The notes: generated by a model from the sequence alone, not told the origin. Numbered from the whole stretch's first letter, positions 35,393 through 49,100 are shown. The stretch: 61,832 nt of DNA, filler included, from Sphacelaria rigidula (GCA_964200075.2; 7 parts of 7 records of this genome joined end to end with filler, not necessarily neighbours in it), one strand, 5' to 3'. Program-made: numbers and translations.

Positions 35393-36469
35393 GCGACGGA
35401 GCACGCCGGGTTTTCGCCGGACCAGGCTCGCACTCAATCACCAAGCGCGAGCGCTGGGGGGGGGGGCGTTCCTCATAGTGTAAGGCTTGAGTTGAGAACA
35501 CACTTGTACGGATTATTATATTTTTGGCCGGACGGAGGTTCCCCGATTTCGATAAGCAGGCCGTCGCGCCCATGATGTGTCCAAAAATCTGAAGAAAAGT
35601 CCAGCGAGGATGAGCGGCAGAATTGCGGAAACCCAACGATCTGATGGGTCCACGTCATTTGGTCATTTGCTCTCGGAAACATCGATCACTAATTATTTAC
35701 GTCGCAGGAAGCATACGGGGCGGAAATATTGAGGCAGAAAATGACTAGAAAGTCTGACGCTGGTGATATGCCGCTTGCTATTGGAAACGCGTGTCCAACA
35801 TTTCAACTGATATCTCCTGGTGTCAAGATGTCACAATAATCACTGAGCCACTCAGTCGCGCTGACTGAGTGTCACTATCGTTATTGTGAAAAATTCAACA
35901 AACTTTCAATCCCGGGGTCCGTCCAAGCTATCAAGTGTGAAGAGGTTGTGATGCGTGCAACTCAACGTTCACGGAGGGTCAAGTCTGACAGTCCCCGCAA
36001 GGTACAGTCGTATCCGAAATAGCTCACACCCCAAGGATAGCTTCACGCGGCAAGCTATATCCACTTGATCTTAAAGATTCTTGGTCACTCGTATTCGTTT
36101 TCGCTCTGTTCCATGCCCTCGTCGCTCACCGAACTATAGCTGCTTTGCTCAGCTTCACGTCGCAAGTAAACGACTGGAGGTGCTGCTGAACCCGTAGCCT
36201 TCCCTTTGATCGAATTTACGTCCGACCTGGGCAAGCCTGATCAGACCTGCAACTATGAGGTACCGGATTTGGCCATGAACACCTCCTGATCTCATGACAC
36301 AAGCCTATAGATCGAACTCCCTGATGCGTCCCCGGGTTGCCATCCCTGTAATCAACGCTGCTACTGTATAGAGAATGTTATACGTATTCTGGCTAGCTCG
36401 CTTGCACCGGATCACCGCGATGTATGTGCTCTTATATTTTTTCGCCATATTAAATGAAATCGGCCAGGA

Positions 36470-36550
36470 ACGATCGCGGGGGGGGTCGAACCCCAGGACA
36501 AGCTTTGGCTATGGTTTCACGTCAACAACTGGGCCACTCAGTCAGCGAGT
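36470..36550 (-). mobile_element. Degenerate tRNA-like SINE head (second family)
   Basis: The minus strand has A-box-like TGACTGAGTGG and B-box GGTTCGACCC about 45 nt apart, with no clean cloverleaf. Confidence 0.45.
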
Positions 36551-37248
36551 ATGGATGAGAGCACTGCGATGACCCGGTGCAAATGCGCTTGATCAGAATA
36601 AGCACAATATACGCTATGTGGTTACAGTTTTGATTACAGGGATGACAACTCTGGGGCGAAACGGGAAATTCGATATATAAAAAACTTGTTGGTTTGGACG
36701 GACCCTGGGATTAACTGTCGTTAATGTGTCACTACAACCATAGAGCCACTCAGTGAGCGAGACTTCTTGGCTGAGTATTAGTAGTTGGTGTGAAAACTCA
36801 ACCACCTGGCACACGTAGACACTCAAGCTAGACGCCTGACACCTTGCGAGGTGGGCATATAATGCACAGGTAAAGGTACTCTGTTCCAGTTGTATTACCG
36901 CAATTGTGGCGAACTTAGGGTTAGGGCAGCCATCTGCATGACGACGGTGGTAAACTGCTCTCAGATTTACCGGAATCCTCGAGTTTCAGATACCTCGAAT
37001 GAGGGCATGAGGGCGTGTCTTCTCAAGACCAGATGAAGACCACGACAGAAGGCGGCGAAATCGATTCAGTGCATATTCATTCGTTTCGCGTGGTTTGCGT
37101 CTGAGCGAATATGCAAGTGCGCAACGAGAACATGAGGCGGATGTTTGACGACCGATGGCGAGTAGCACCCCAACTCAATTTCATTCACACGGTGATCACG
37201 AGACGTACTGCGCCCGATGTGGCGCCCCGTAGCTCATACGGTAGTCCT

Positions 37249-37471
37249 TGTAATGCGTGAGAGGACCGCGTGCCGATAGGACCGCATCGAAATTTGAATA
37301 TCCCTATGGCTAGGGTTAGGGTTAGGGTTAGGGTAAGGGTAAGGGTTGGGGTTAGGGTCAGGGACGTGGTCCCTGCAGGGACTGGCCCGATTGGTTTCGA
37401 AGGACGTCGATCCTGAGGTGTTTTGAACTACGGCGCGGTCCCCTAGGCACGCGGTCCTCTCACGCATTACA
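37249..37471. mobile_element. 223-bp TG..CA MITE with internal telomeric (TTAGGG)n tract
   Basis: Perfect 26-bp TIR TGTAATGCGTGAGAGGACCGCGTGCC, with 5-bp TSD GTCCT (37244-37248 / 37472-37476). About 8 TTAGGG-like units at ~37310-37362. Confidence 0.9.
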
Positions 37472-37804
37472 GTCCTGGACCTTTTGGCCGTGACGCGGGT
37501 AGATCATCTGGGCATACAGTATTTCCCAAGTGAGATTGATGCTCTGATTCGATGACCTATGTTCGCGGTAAAAAGGTTAATCGATTCATTGATTGCACAT
37601 TTGATTTTGAGTCAAGTGGTCAAGACCTGGAGCAGCACTCTGTTCTTGAACATGTGCGTCACTTGGAATCGCCGTTCTTCGTAACATGACGCGAAAAACG
37701 TCGACGCAGATGTTCACTGCTCGCCCTAGAATATCTCACCAACGCCACTGAAACAAGGTGCGTCGTACGGCGGTGGATTGTGGCTGGTGTCATGCACCGA
37801 GGGT

Positions 37805-38150
37805 AACACACGCGGCCATTTGGCTACACCCCAAAATGCTTCCGGAGGCATGCGCGGCCCTCCGGGGGCAAAACAAGCCTCCGGAGGCCTTCAATCCCTG
37901 TGGAGGGAACAAAACTCTACCGACCCGGAAGGCCGCGCACCCCTCCGGAGGAATTTGGGGGTATGCGCTGCCCGCCAGAGGAAAAAATCAGCCTCTGGAG
38001 GCGTTCAATCCCTCTGGAGGAAACAAAAAAATCTCCTCTGGTGGGCCGCGCACCCCTCCAGAGGCGTTTAGTTCCTTCCTCCGGGGGCTCGAAAAGTTTA
38101 CCCAAGTGGAAAAATTTTGGAGGTAGCCAAATGGCCGCGTGTGGAGTGTA
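37805..38150. mobile_element. MITE with CCTCCGGAGG-rich internal repeats (Tc1/mariner-like)
   Basis: TIR ACACGCGGCCATTTGGCTAC / GTAGCCAAATGGCCGCGTGT. The right end finishes GAGTG|TA. Internal direct repeats are present. Confidence 0.65.
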
Positions 38151-41100
38151 TACTAACTATTCATTTGTAGTAGTGGGTATGGGGCGTGTGTTGAAATGTG
38201 GAGCACACCTTTCCAACGGTATATTATTATAATACCACGTCATGACCGTTTAACTGTGATCTGGTTGGTGTGCCAGTGTTTTGCACCGCATTCTCGCTCG
38301 AAGAAGCTGTTAGGTTCTTGTTTTGAACCTTTTTCTGTAGACAATCCGCCACTTATTCTGTACGTGCTCCATCATTCATGGCGTTGTACAACGAGAGTAT
38401 ACCATGTATTGTTGTATAGATGGACATCGGTAAAGCGGGGCGAAAGCTCTTGAGGATATGCTGCGGCGGAATCTTGGACTTCACAACGCGTGATCGAACA
38501 GTAGTTATGTTACGGTCAGCATATTATGTACCCACTAGGCCACGAGTGAAACGAAACATCGACCTCAAGTTTCGAATATAAAACGAGCGGAATTTTTGAG
38601 TTTCAAAAATAAATCCAGCAGTACCTGCCGACATTACCTAATTTCAGATTAATTGGATGTTACTTATCACGTGTTCTTGAACGCATCTTCTTCGCTCCCC
38701 ACCCCCCTTGAAAAGCTACGATGCTACTATCCATGGGCTACGATACTATGCTGCTGCTGGTGCCTAACCCTCTTTTCTTCGGTGCACCAGGACCCCACGT
38801 TTTACATGAGCCTGCCGGTGGCCGTCAGTTCATAGAAACAACAGCAACGGATTCACAGTCACAGAACTCACTTTTTATAATCAATACATGGTGCATATTG
38901 AAGATTGTTGGGCGTGTCAAAGACAACCCTTTCTGGAAACTTGGTTTCAACAAGTTGAAAAGATCGTATCCACACAATGAGTATCTGCCCTCGTGTGTGT
39001 ATAGATGAATCAGCAGGTTGACCTCCGGGTTGGCCTCGCTTGGGCCTGCTTACATCCTATGTAGGTTGTACCGCAAGCAAACAAGAAAAACTACGCATGT
39101 CCCCATCGACCTCGTCAATTTCACTGGAGCATCTCACCGTTCGCGTTTGTTTTCCTACATGAAGTGACCATACTACTACAGTTGTACTGTAGCGCATCGG
39201 TGAAGCAAGTGGAGAACCCCACCGATCAGGTAGAATTCAATTTCATCATTCGTGCGTAGAGTTCTTATTTTCTTATGATAATAATGAGGTCCAAGACATC
39301 GGCCGGTCGTCTCTCGCAGTCGGGTGTGAGCGGCAGTCGAACGGTCAAACACGAAATTTCGAACCCTGGACGGCAGCTATACAGCAGACTCTGATTCTCC
39401 AACTTGTGAATATCCATCATGCTGGGGCTGAGCAGCACTCACGTCCACGATACACGATACCTACCCGCCTACTGGTTGCACTCTTCGGCAGAATCAAAGC
39501 ATCCTCTGCGTTCGAAAAGAACCTACGGTATTATTAATGGTCTGACCGTAAAAGAGGTCAATCATCAGTTGGGTCGGCATCATTTCTACTTGAAAAATGA
39601 TAGCAAAACCCTGATTGACCTGGATCCTCGCATCCTCGCAGTCAAAGCGATACGCAACTACACTCCCCCCAACCAATTGATACTGTACATGAAATAAATT
39701 CTCCGCTCTTTCATTCAACTTCCCTGGCAGGTGAAGCGCAACGTTGGTACAGGCGATGTGGGTGTTCTCTGATTCATGGGAAAGCACGCTGCGTACCTCG
39801 GCCGCCACCACCAGCGAAGATTTGAGAAGCGGTCGGAGAGAGTTCACAGGAATGCGCCGGACGATATCAGGCAGCGTCTCTCGCTTGCGGTTCATTGAAG
39901 GACTCCGTTGATCGTTTGCTTTTGGCAAAGAGCTCCCTACGTGGAAAACCTAGCGATAAATGAAAGGGCGGAAACGGCAATACGTGCATGCTTGTTGTGT
40001 GCAGTAGTACACCGTAGTACACAAGTAGTACACGGTAAAATTCACAACTATCAGATGGAGCAGCAGCAACGCCTCAACCCTTAGGCGGGGACAGTAGGTC
40101 ATCCGTTGAATCGCTATCAATTTCAGTTGGGTAGGTATGCACGATCCAGATGGACTACCCTCGCAGTCTCAAGGGTCAAATATTCGAACTCACCGCCAAC
40201 TCCCACGTTTTCTATTTCATGAATGATGTATATGAAAAGCAGAGACAGATCACGCCGCATGCAGGTGCCACAACAGTGCTGTACTCGCACAGAAGTCCCC
40301 CGGGCATCAGACTGATGCCTCTCACGTGCCATACTGCATGTGCCTACGCCCCGGTGAAGCGAAGCCGTCCGTGAATGCGGAATCCCGATCAGGCGCTCAG
40401 AAACGTACTCACATGATAATAGTTCGACAGCTTTAGCGTAGCTTCTACAAGATCGGAGGCTTGTTGATGAGGGGAAGATGAAAGATGTGAATATTTCTCT
40501 CTCAGAAGCAGTCAAGCACTGCATGGCAGAACTCCACTTTAGAACCTTCGAGCCGCAGGTGCTTCCTGGCCTATCGTTAGGGATGCCATGCCATATCTTG
40601 AAAACGAGCAATGCAACACCGTTTCACTCAGGACCCCAACCAAGCACCTCTTCCTGAACTGGCCGCCATCAGGCTGAAGGCCATACAAACATCAAACATC
40701 GATGCCCACCACAGAGGGGCAGAATTTCGAAACACCCGATACTCCCACGCTCCTACACCACAAACAGCAGTTGAGATTACCCGATTATTGTGGTGGTTAT
40801 CAGTATATCTTCTATACAATCGACGCCGTACATAGTAGCCGAGTAGGGTGCCAAGGACATACCTGCACGATAACCGATCTACGGGACTCACCATATTAGT
40901 GCCGCCGCTACTAGGTCCGTGCATCCTTCGCTGCTGTCTGACACCCAAGAAGAATCTGGAGAGTGAGAATGAAGAAATTCGGGCTCTATATTCCAGTCCA
41001 CTGCCGGGGCAAGCAAGCAGCTTGGTGCCGTGGTTACCAAAGGTTTCCAGTAGATAGCAACTGATCGTGCCGTGTGTGTCTCACTTGTGATGATCGGGGA

Positions 41101-42344
41101 CGCGACAGTGAACAAAAATGGTGAAGATCGAAGCTAAATATCTGAAATGTTGCAACCAGTGACATATCGCAAATTGTAAACGGCTGGCCTACATGCGCGA
41201 TGGGATCCGACTTAACTGGGGGGGTGCTGGAAGCGCAGGCTTCCACAATTCCGTTTGAAGGACATGATGACTCCCCCACTTTCTCGTGTGGTATGGGGCA
41301 GGTGCACAAGGTGCGAGTAGTGCACAGGTAGATGGACTATATCCACGTCTCCTTTCTACAAAGTTGATCTGAACCCAGAATGAGAGACTCGAATTCGGTT
41401 ATCATATACTTGTATATATACATCAATCTCCGCCTGCAGTCCCGCGAACGTACAGAGGTGCGGGCTAGTAGGGGTTGAAACTTCCCCCGCAACAAAGAAA
41501 AGAAGTTTGTGCAAGTGCTGAATGTTGTTCCGGAATCAGCATGGAAACAAAAGTTTGACATCAAGTAACTACAAAGCACCGCAATCTCGTCTTGGTGTTA
41601 TCTTATCGAAGGTCATCGCGTAGCATCGTCTAGTCTTGGTCCTTCCCGGGTGCACGGCCCGTTCAGAAGTACGCGGAAACCCTTGTTTCGGACAAGACTC
41701 AAATGACTGCGAAAAACGCGTATTCCTGACCCCGGTAAGTTCATCCACCTTTGCAACTATTTCAACCATCAATATTTTGGCGCTGGTTTGGAACAAACCG
41801 GCAAACCCCAGGACGCTCACGGTTGCAGCTGTTATGTCACTTCAAGACCAGCACACGTCACCACGTCTCTCTAATGCATAGGGCTACTATATACGTGAAG
41901 GTCTATGAGCGGGAGTTGATTTTCTGCGGAGAGATAGCGAACAGTTTGTCATCTATCTGCAAATCTTGTGTTTCGATATGAAGAGTCTCGCTGAAAGTCA
42001 CCACAGTCCTACGACAGCGCGTTCGTTGGTTGTTCTTAGATTCGGCGAAACAGCCCTTCGACTGACACAGATAGTGGGATCTCCACTGTACTGTAGCAGC
42101 AACAAGGGGTGTGTAAGTTAGCATGAGTGAACACTGTTGTAGTTCAAAACTAGCCTGGTGGCATGCGCTCCGTAGGAGGAACAAATCTGCAGTGGTGCCG
42201 TGCACTCCGAAAACTGTACCCTGTACCCACCAGTGTAGTGCTTGAGCTTCACCTCAACCAGCCTTGACAATTTTCGAGTCGGTTCCAGCTGTACACATTA
42301 CAATTAGTTGTAGAGAGGATATCAAATAAGTACTCTATGAATCA

Positions 42345-42752
42345 GGGCTCACCACCACGCTTGCCGCATGGGAGCGCCAGACGGTTTCGACCGTCTAATT
42401 ACTGCAGAATCCGTCTCGTGCCCGCAGGGATTCACAATCTTGAATAGCATCGCAGCAGGCAGGTGGGGTACGTAACTAGCAGGGCACATGCAGACGACAA
42501 AAACGAACCGTAATATTTCGTGATAGCCTCCAAAATTCGACTCCACGATCGACGATGAAAGGGGACTGCTGAACACCTCTCGTGATGAAAAGCAAAACGC
42601 AAGCACCGCAGAAGGAAGATGGGGTACTGAAAAAGAAAAAAGAAAAAAAGCCTTTGTTGACCTTCCTCCTGTGTGACCCCGGCTGATGCGCCCACATATA
42701 CCGAAAGGTGTAGCCCGGCGGCCAGAATATGGGACGACCGCACACACACACA
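42345..42752 (+). mobile_element. Retroelement 3' end sharing the SINE tail (candidate partner LINE fragment)
   Basis: 42535-42752 matches the SINE 3' half and ends in CACACACACA. The upstream sequence is not the tRNA head. Confidence 0.65.
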
Positions 42753-44022
42753 GCCTCCACGAGTCAACGCTCTTATTCTTCCTACATAATATTCATCACC
42801 GATGTAGCCGCTGTGGGGCCCTGTGATGCAGTGGAGTTTGCGGTTTTGTCAGAACAAATGGTTGACAATATATACAGTGGCATCACCTATATTCGAATCT
42901 TCGGTGGGGCTAACAGTCCCACAAGCTGCTGGCTTGATCAGAACGTGCTATTTTGTGACGCTAGTTTATCGGCGTTGGGTTAGAAATGTTCATGGTTGAC
43001 ACAATTTTACTGGGAACATTATCATCATCCGACCTTCGACGCCGGTAATTTAGCGAACCCTGACGCAGTAGCTCGGCAGTTTGTCTTCGTTTGCGAGCGC
43101 TACTTACATCCGATTGTGGTATACATGCGTCACATGATTTCTACTGTCCATAGCCCTTAGAGTCATGGTGTGTAGTACCGTTTGACCAGAGCAGTTAGTT
43201 GCACTATTCGTGTCCCAGTAGTAGTTTCCTGTTCATGTCAAATTGGAGTCGACCGAACGGAGGGATCTGGCGCCCAAACAAAGAAGGGTTATTGAAACAA
43301 ACTATGAAGACCATGCATGACGTTATTTCCGGCCCCTTGTTACACTTTTCTTCAGAGATATACTAACGGGAGAGGCATCACGCACCACTGCATCGCGAGG
43401 ACGGAAGGCAACGCCAAAGCAACCGGCGATTCGTTGTCGCAATAAACACCACTGTCCGTCCCCGCGGTGTTTCGTCTCGTTCATCACGGCGGCCACCATG
43501 TTGCTGTAAAGTTAGCCGGTACACCATGGCCGGCCCAACTGCTATGATGAGCGCCTCATTAGACCCACCATACAATCTCCCGGCCCCACATTAAAGTTTC
43601 TAACCCGCCGCGCGCATAATAGGAGGCGAATGTTCGGCGGTATCATTTCCTCAGATGACTCGGACCAATCCAGTTTGAAAAGTGGGGACATCCCTCGAAC
43701 AGCTGTCCGAGAAATGGGCTTTAATGCATTTTGCAGTTCAACTCCTTATTTTTCTCGGAGAAAGTGTGGCGCAAGAAAAATATGTTGAAGAATATTGTGC
43801 GAAAACGAGCTGACCGGAACAGGTTTTCTAGATATTTTCTTTCGTCGTACAGAAGAAGGAGCGGTCTGTCTGGTAGACCCTAGAAATAGGATTGACAACT
43901 AGGCTGCAACAATGCTGCCTCCAAGTGTACTGTAACTCGTTTGCAGAAACTCGGGCTCGTCGTGTTGACGAGAGTGCATTCGGTATGTAAGTGGCACCTG
44001 AGAAAATCTACTTATTATGATA

Positions 44023-44139
44023 CGAGCTGGGCCAGCCAAGAGTAGGTAACAGTGTTTTCGTGAGATTGAGAGTAGATGATACGATTGAGAGTGAAAAGCG
44101 GTCAATCTCACGAAAACACTGTTACCTACTCTTGGCTGG
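44023..44139. mobile_element. Hairpin MITE truncated by the spacer
   Basis: Perfect 38-bp inverted repeat (44032-44069 / 44102-44139) with a 32-nt loop. It begins TA|CGAGCTGGGCCAGCC, a terminus also seen at 26343 and ~16862. Confidence 0.75.
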
Positions 44140-44239
44140 NNNNNNNNNNNNNNNNNNNNNNNNNNNNNNNNNNNNNNNNNNNNTTAATTAATTAANNNNN
44201 NNNNNNNNNNNNNNNNNNNNNNNNNNNNNNNNNNNNNNN
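44140..44239. other. Artificial 100-nt spacer
   Basis: N44-TTAATTAATTAA-N44. Confidence 0.98.
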
Positions 44240-44403
44240 CGTGGAATGGCGCAAAAGTTGCGTGCATACCCCTTCGACCAGCGGTTAACTTTTTTCTCCC
44301 TTTGGGGCAATCAGGCCGAAGAAATCGTGGATTTGGTGACTCGTAGTCGTGATGATTCGTCCTAACCGTAGTATCTTGAGAACAAGAACACGGAATACAA
44401 TAA

Positions 44404-44883
44404 GGCCGCTGCTTACAACAGACAAGAAAAAAAATCTGGAAAAGTGCCTTTTCGGAGTTTGTACGTCGTGTTACGCCCTGAAAGAGAGCTAGGCGGAGTT
44501 TGACACCCTCGAATGACTTGCTCTACTCGTTGAGTCGGTTCCAGGACATCTTCCCGTTTTCCGGTGGCCGCAGTTTTTATTCTGGCCAAACAAGAATTTT
44601 TATCCAAGAAAGGTGAAGAACGGTAAAAAAAATCATATCTAGAAAAAATCGCGAGTTTTCTCTGAACTTGGCCGTTCTTGGCCAAAATTCTTGTTTGGCC
44701 AAAATGAAAACTACGGCCACCGGAAAACGGGAAGATGTCCCGGAACCACCTGAACTAGTAGAGCAAGTCCTTCCAAGGTGTCAGGCTCCACCTAGCTCTC
44801 TTTCGGGGCGTAAAACGACGTAAAAGCTCCAAAAAGGCACTTTTGCAGATTTCGAATTTTGTCTGTTATAACAATGAGCGGCC
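44404..44883. mobile_element. PIF/Harbinger (Tourist-like) fold-back MITE, 480 bp
   Basis: GGCCGCT...AGCGGCC termini with TAA TSD (44401-44403 / 44884-44886). The inverted arms extend ~195 bp. Confidence 0.88.
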
Positions 44884-46042
44884 TAAGCCAAGAAACAAAG
44901 AGCACCCAAAGAACGAAAATGGACAAGACAAAACACAACCAACAGTGGATGGGTGATTATATGAATGAATGAATAAATAAATGAATGAAAAAAGCAAAAA
45001 ACATTCGACAGGGAAAAAAAAAAAAACTTACGGACTTCGCCTGACGCCACCGATGAACCGCGTAAGCTCTGTGCCGCGTCGCCCGGTGGAGAAATACAGG
45101 ACGTGTCCGATTCGTGCTTGACGAGGTTCATCGACGCCACGGCAGAATGTAAAAAGACGTGTTGTCGGGGTAGTCTTCCCGCCGAGCTGCGCAAATGAGC
45201 AACACAAACCTGCTCACGATATATTTTCAGGTGGGTGGTTTTTGCGAAACGAGATGCAAGAAAAAGACAACGCAATAATTAAAAAAAGAAAGTAAGTGAA
45301 ACGCGAGGTAATACATATATATATACATTATTAAATATAATAAGCAAAAAAAGCGGCACAAACCTGCAAAGGGAGTGCTGGGTAGGGTAAATATCTGGGT
45401 ATTTACTCTCCCCACGTTTGTGTTGCGATGGTCCGATCTTCAAAACTCTACGTAATTTCCGGGTACTACTGAGTACGACCTGGATACTCTAGCAAAGCTC
45501 TTGGTCCTTAGAGTACAATTTTCCCGAAATATCCACACGGGAAAAAACCCTTACCCAACCTACCTTTTGCAAGCCTGCTTGCTCGCGATAATTTTTCAGG
45601 TGCGTGTTTTTTTGCGCAACGAGATACAGACAAAAAAATAAGCAAAAAATAAGCAAAACGCGAGACTTAAACATCACACAGGGAAAAAAATGAAGAGAAA
45701 GGACAAGAAGGAAACGACGAGACGGTACAAGGCGGAGCAACGCATAGAGCAACCCGTAGCAGATCACAAAAGGGCAAAGGAAATCGTACCAAAAGACAGC
45801 ACAGCATGGTCAAATTTGAACGTCCCACACCATCAATCAGCGGACAGCAACGAGACACGGCAAAAAGCGAATGGCAAACAGAACATACAGAACACAAGGT
45901 CGCAAGGAAACACAAACAAATATGTCGGGGGTACCGGACCAACTTCGCGAATTTTCGCAAGATGGCGCAATCGACGTTGCTTCAAACATCATCACCCAAG
46001 CCAAAAATATATCAGTTTGTTTCGGTGTTGTGCACAGCATAC

Positions 46043-46193
46043 CAGCTCAAGCGCGATGGAAGCCGCGCACACCCCGAGCAGTAGCCACGCACAGCGGAAG
46101 GGAGCTCCATGAACGAGAAACGCAGAGCCCTTGGCCACCACCAGCGCGAGGTTCACGGCTTCCCAAAGCACCGGAAATTTTAGCCTCATCCAC
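46043..46193 (-). CDS. Membrane protein (MENTAL/TMD0-like), exon B
   Basis: gtcag|G TGG...CTG|gtatgc, phase 2/0. WMRLKFPVLWEAVNLALVVAKGSAFLVHGAPFRCAWLLLGVCAASIALEL is hydrophobic. A possible further exon lies at 45032-45186 (uncertain). Confidence 0.65.
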
Positions 46194-49100
46194 CTGACAT
46201 CAGTAGCAGCGGCAGCAGCAGCAACAACAACAACAGCAACAGCAGAGATGACGACAACAACAATACAAAGTGAAATGTAAAGGTGTGATGGGGAGTAGTC
46301 TCCTCAACAACAATACCCAACATCCCGACTTTTTTCACGAGCGCACATTTGTAGGGCTGGCTACTGGCGCCGACAGCCAGTTAGTTCATTGATTACATAC
46401 CAACTGCGTCAGGAGCCAGTATTCTGGATCTTGCCAGTACCTTAGGTCCGAGGCGAATCCCCACCGGAGGCGCATTTTTCACGTAGTGTGGCTTCATTAG
46501 AGCAAAAAACTGCGAACCATCTTCACCTGCTGCTCAATTTCACGGATTTTTGTTGAATAATGAGGCGTTATCGTGGGACGTACGTGCAGAGGAAGGTACT
46601 GGCGGTACGGGTTGCTCTTTTTCCAGTACCGGTACACTGCTAGTACAAGTAGTACTGTCAATGTGTACTGCTCCAGTACCCAGCCCTACAAATTCGAGAC
46701 GGAGAGAGCGGGGGAGGGGAAAAACTAAATTCAAGGAAGCAAGCTGCCCTAGGTAGTAATACATGTGAAACTGAAGTTGGTGAATGTGTTGGGAGTGAGT
46801 TGCTGGACGAGGATCAAGGATGTACCGCGTGTTGAAGAGGCTGGGAAGAATTGACCGCGAGTCAGAAAACTCGAACTGATGTGGAGCAATAAATACCAGT
46901 CAGGCAGGGTAAGTTGCTCGGAGATCACCCCATATCTTCGTAGAAAGGGTGCAGGAAAAAAATAGTTTATCTGACGAGTTCTAGGTGCGTTAGATCACTC
47001 TTGCAACTGATCGACATGTTTTTGCCCAGGTCTTCACACCGCTCTCCATCATGTCTTTTTGGACAACGTGCGAACATTTCTACAAACAAAAAAAACAGGG
47101 TGGTGGAGGACTGAGAGACGTGTCACCCCTTGGTTACCAAATGAAATTGCGTTTCCACGATAACCATTAACAAAATCAAAGGAAACATGACAGTTAAATA
47201 TGAACGATTTGAGGGGATAGAGTTCTTATTTCGTATATTTGGGGTGGCACAAGAAAATAATAAAAAAAACGCAGTTATAAGGGGGGAAAATGGTGGAACC
47301 CGGAGACGAAATGTCGTTCGTGTGTTGTTGCGTGGGAGGGGTGGAAGTAGGCAACCATGGAATCATCAGGGGGAAGCAGTAGTATACTGTACATATCTAC
47401 GTACAACATAGACAAACCAAAAAGAAAAAATAATCGACAGGCGCAGAGACCTAGCACAGCTACGATGATGGTGGATTCTAACGCCGTAGCTTGCGCAACC
47501 CCCCCCCTCCCCCTCTCAAATGGTGAAACACCCATGATCAAGCGTAATCCGTGGCTGTCCCTGGAAGGGACAACATCAGAAAATGATTCAATTCATTCGA
47601 GGCCGTCATCCGTAGGCAAGATAATCGGTACGCTTCGGGTCCGAACAACCTTCGCAGGACGCAGCTCACCCCTTCACGCGACCCGCCGAACACATCACGG
47701 CGCTTCGCGCGTGGTGATTGATCGCGAGCCTGATCCGGCGAAAAACTGGCGTGCCCCGTCCCGGCTTTGTAGGGATGCAAGTTCAACGACCTTGAGACTA
47801 CGGAATGCAACATCATGAGTACACCCCTTCCTCCCTCGGGTCTTCTTCGGGTGACACGGAGTACATGGCTATGGCTCTTGAGAATTTTGGATACGAGCTC
47901 CCCTCATGCAGGCAGGGTAACTACCCTGTACATGCCTCGAGACGTTTCTCCGAAACGCTCAACCTTCTCGAACCAACGGAAAACCCCAAAACAAAAAGGT
48001 TCCCGTCAAAATTCGTAAAGCATGGCTGAACCTTGCCTAATGGCGTAAAAGGGCTCGGGTAAGCGACTCTACGAAATACAGGCTAGATCCCCCCTCTCTC
48101 CCCCCTCGAGTCCAACAGTTATGATGGGAGATGGGGAGGGTACTACGTGGCAAGGGGGCCTACTGAAACAGTTGTTGGTATAGTTCGACTAGAGTGGTGT
48201 ATTCAGCGCAATTTCATGTGTAGTCCGGGGAAAGGATGACTTCATGGCTTGAAACCACGCACTCGTCCCGAGGACGGGGGGGTGGGGAGTCACAAGTGAG
48301 CAGAAGAAAAAAAGTCTTCGTTGAACATGCAAACCAACGGCTTCAGCTCTTCCAACGACAGGGGCTCTGTATCTCTCAATACAGACGTCAGCATCCAAGT
48401 AGCTGCTAGGCCCGGGACTTGTATTTGGGGGGTGAGGGCGTGTACTCGCAAAATCATAAATCGATGTCGAAGTCGGAATCGGAATCAATCTCGATTTACA
48501 CACAGGGGCCCAGCACCGGCAGCGAAACTCCTTCAAAGGCATACAGTACGAGATTTGAACCCACAGCGACCAATAGTTGAAAAAAACCATAACCTGGTCC
48601 AAGGAGTTTAAATGCCGACCAACCAGCCGAGTTGCTCTGCCCTCCAAGCGTTGCTGGATAGCCAGCACGTTAACTCTTACTTAGCCAGCACAAATAAATG
48701 GGCGTCGAAGCTGCACAGCACAAACAAACGGGCGTCAAAGCTGCACACGCTGGGGACGTTGAGATCACAAGGCAACTGTCTCTACACAAATACGGAGCCA
48801 AACACGCCAGATCAAATACAAAAATACCTTGTATTCTAGGAGAGACAGAGTATCTATGGATGTACCCGCGTTCTTTTGTGGGTGTCGGTAGGCGATACCG
48901 CACGCCTTGATGTGACGGGCGCGCGCTGGCATCTCGAAAGCTTCTGACATGCATTAGCACCCAGGCGAGGTCGCACTGATCGTCAGCGACTTGTCTAGGC
49001 AAGCTTTTGACGCCGCCTTTCGGAAAATTAAACTTGTTATGTTTCATTTATTTTATTATTTTGGGGGGATGTTGGTGTAATAGGATCTTCCCGAGGATGT

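Noticed and set aside
37310..37362. True chromosome end or telomere fusion
   Set aside because: The tract is short and degenerate and is enclosed by TIRs and a TSD.
35249..44369. Segment 4 end and segment 6 start being originally contiguous
   Set aside because: Both match the 13056 repeat in the right order, but the family is high-copy and the flanking genes differ, so contiguity cannot be supported.
48189..49047. MULE-type transposase or helicase remnant on the minus strand
   Set aside because: Only vague motif resemblance across broken frames; not supportable without a search.
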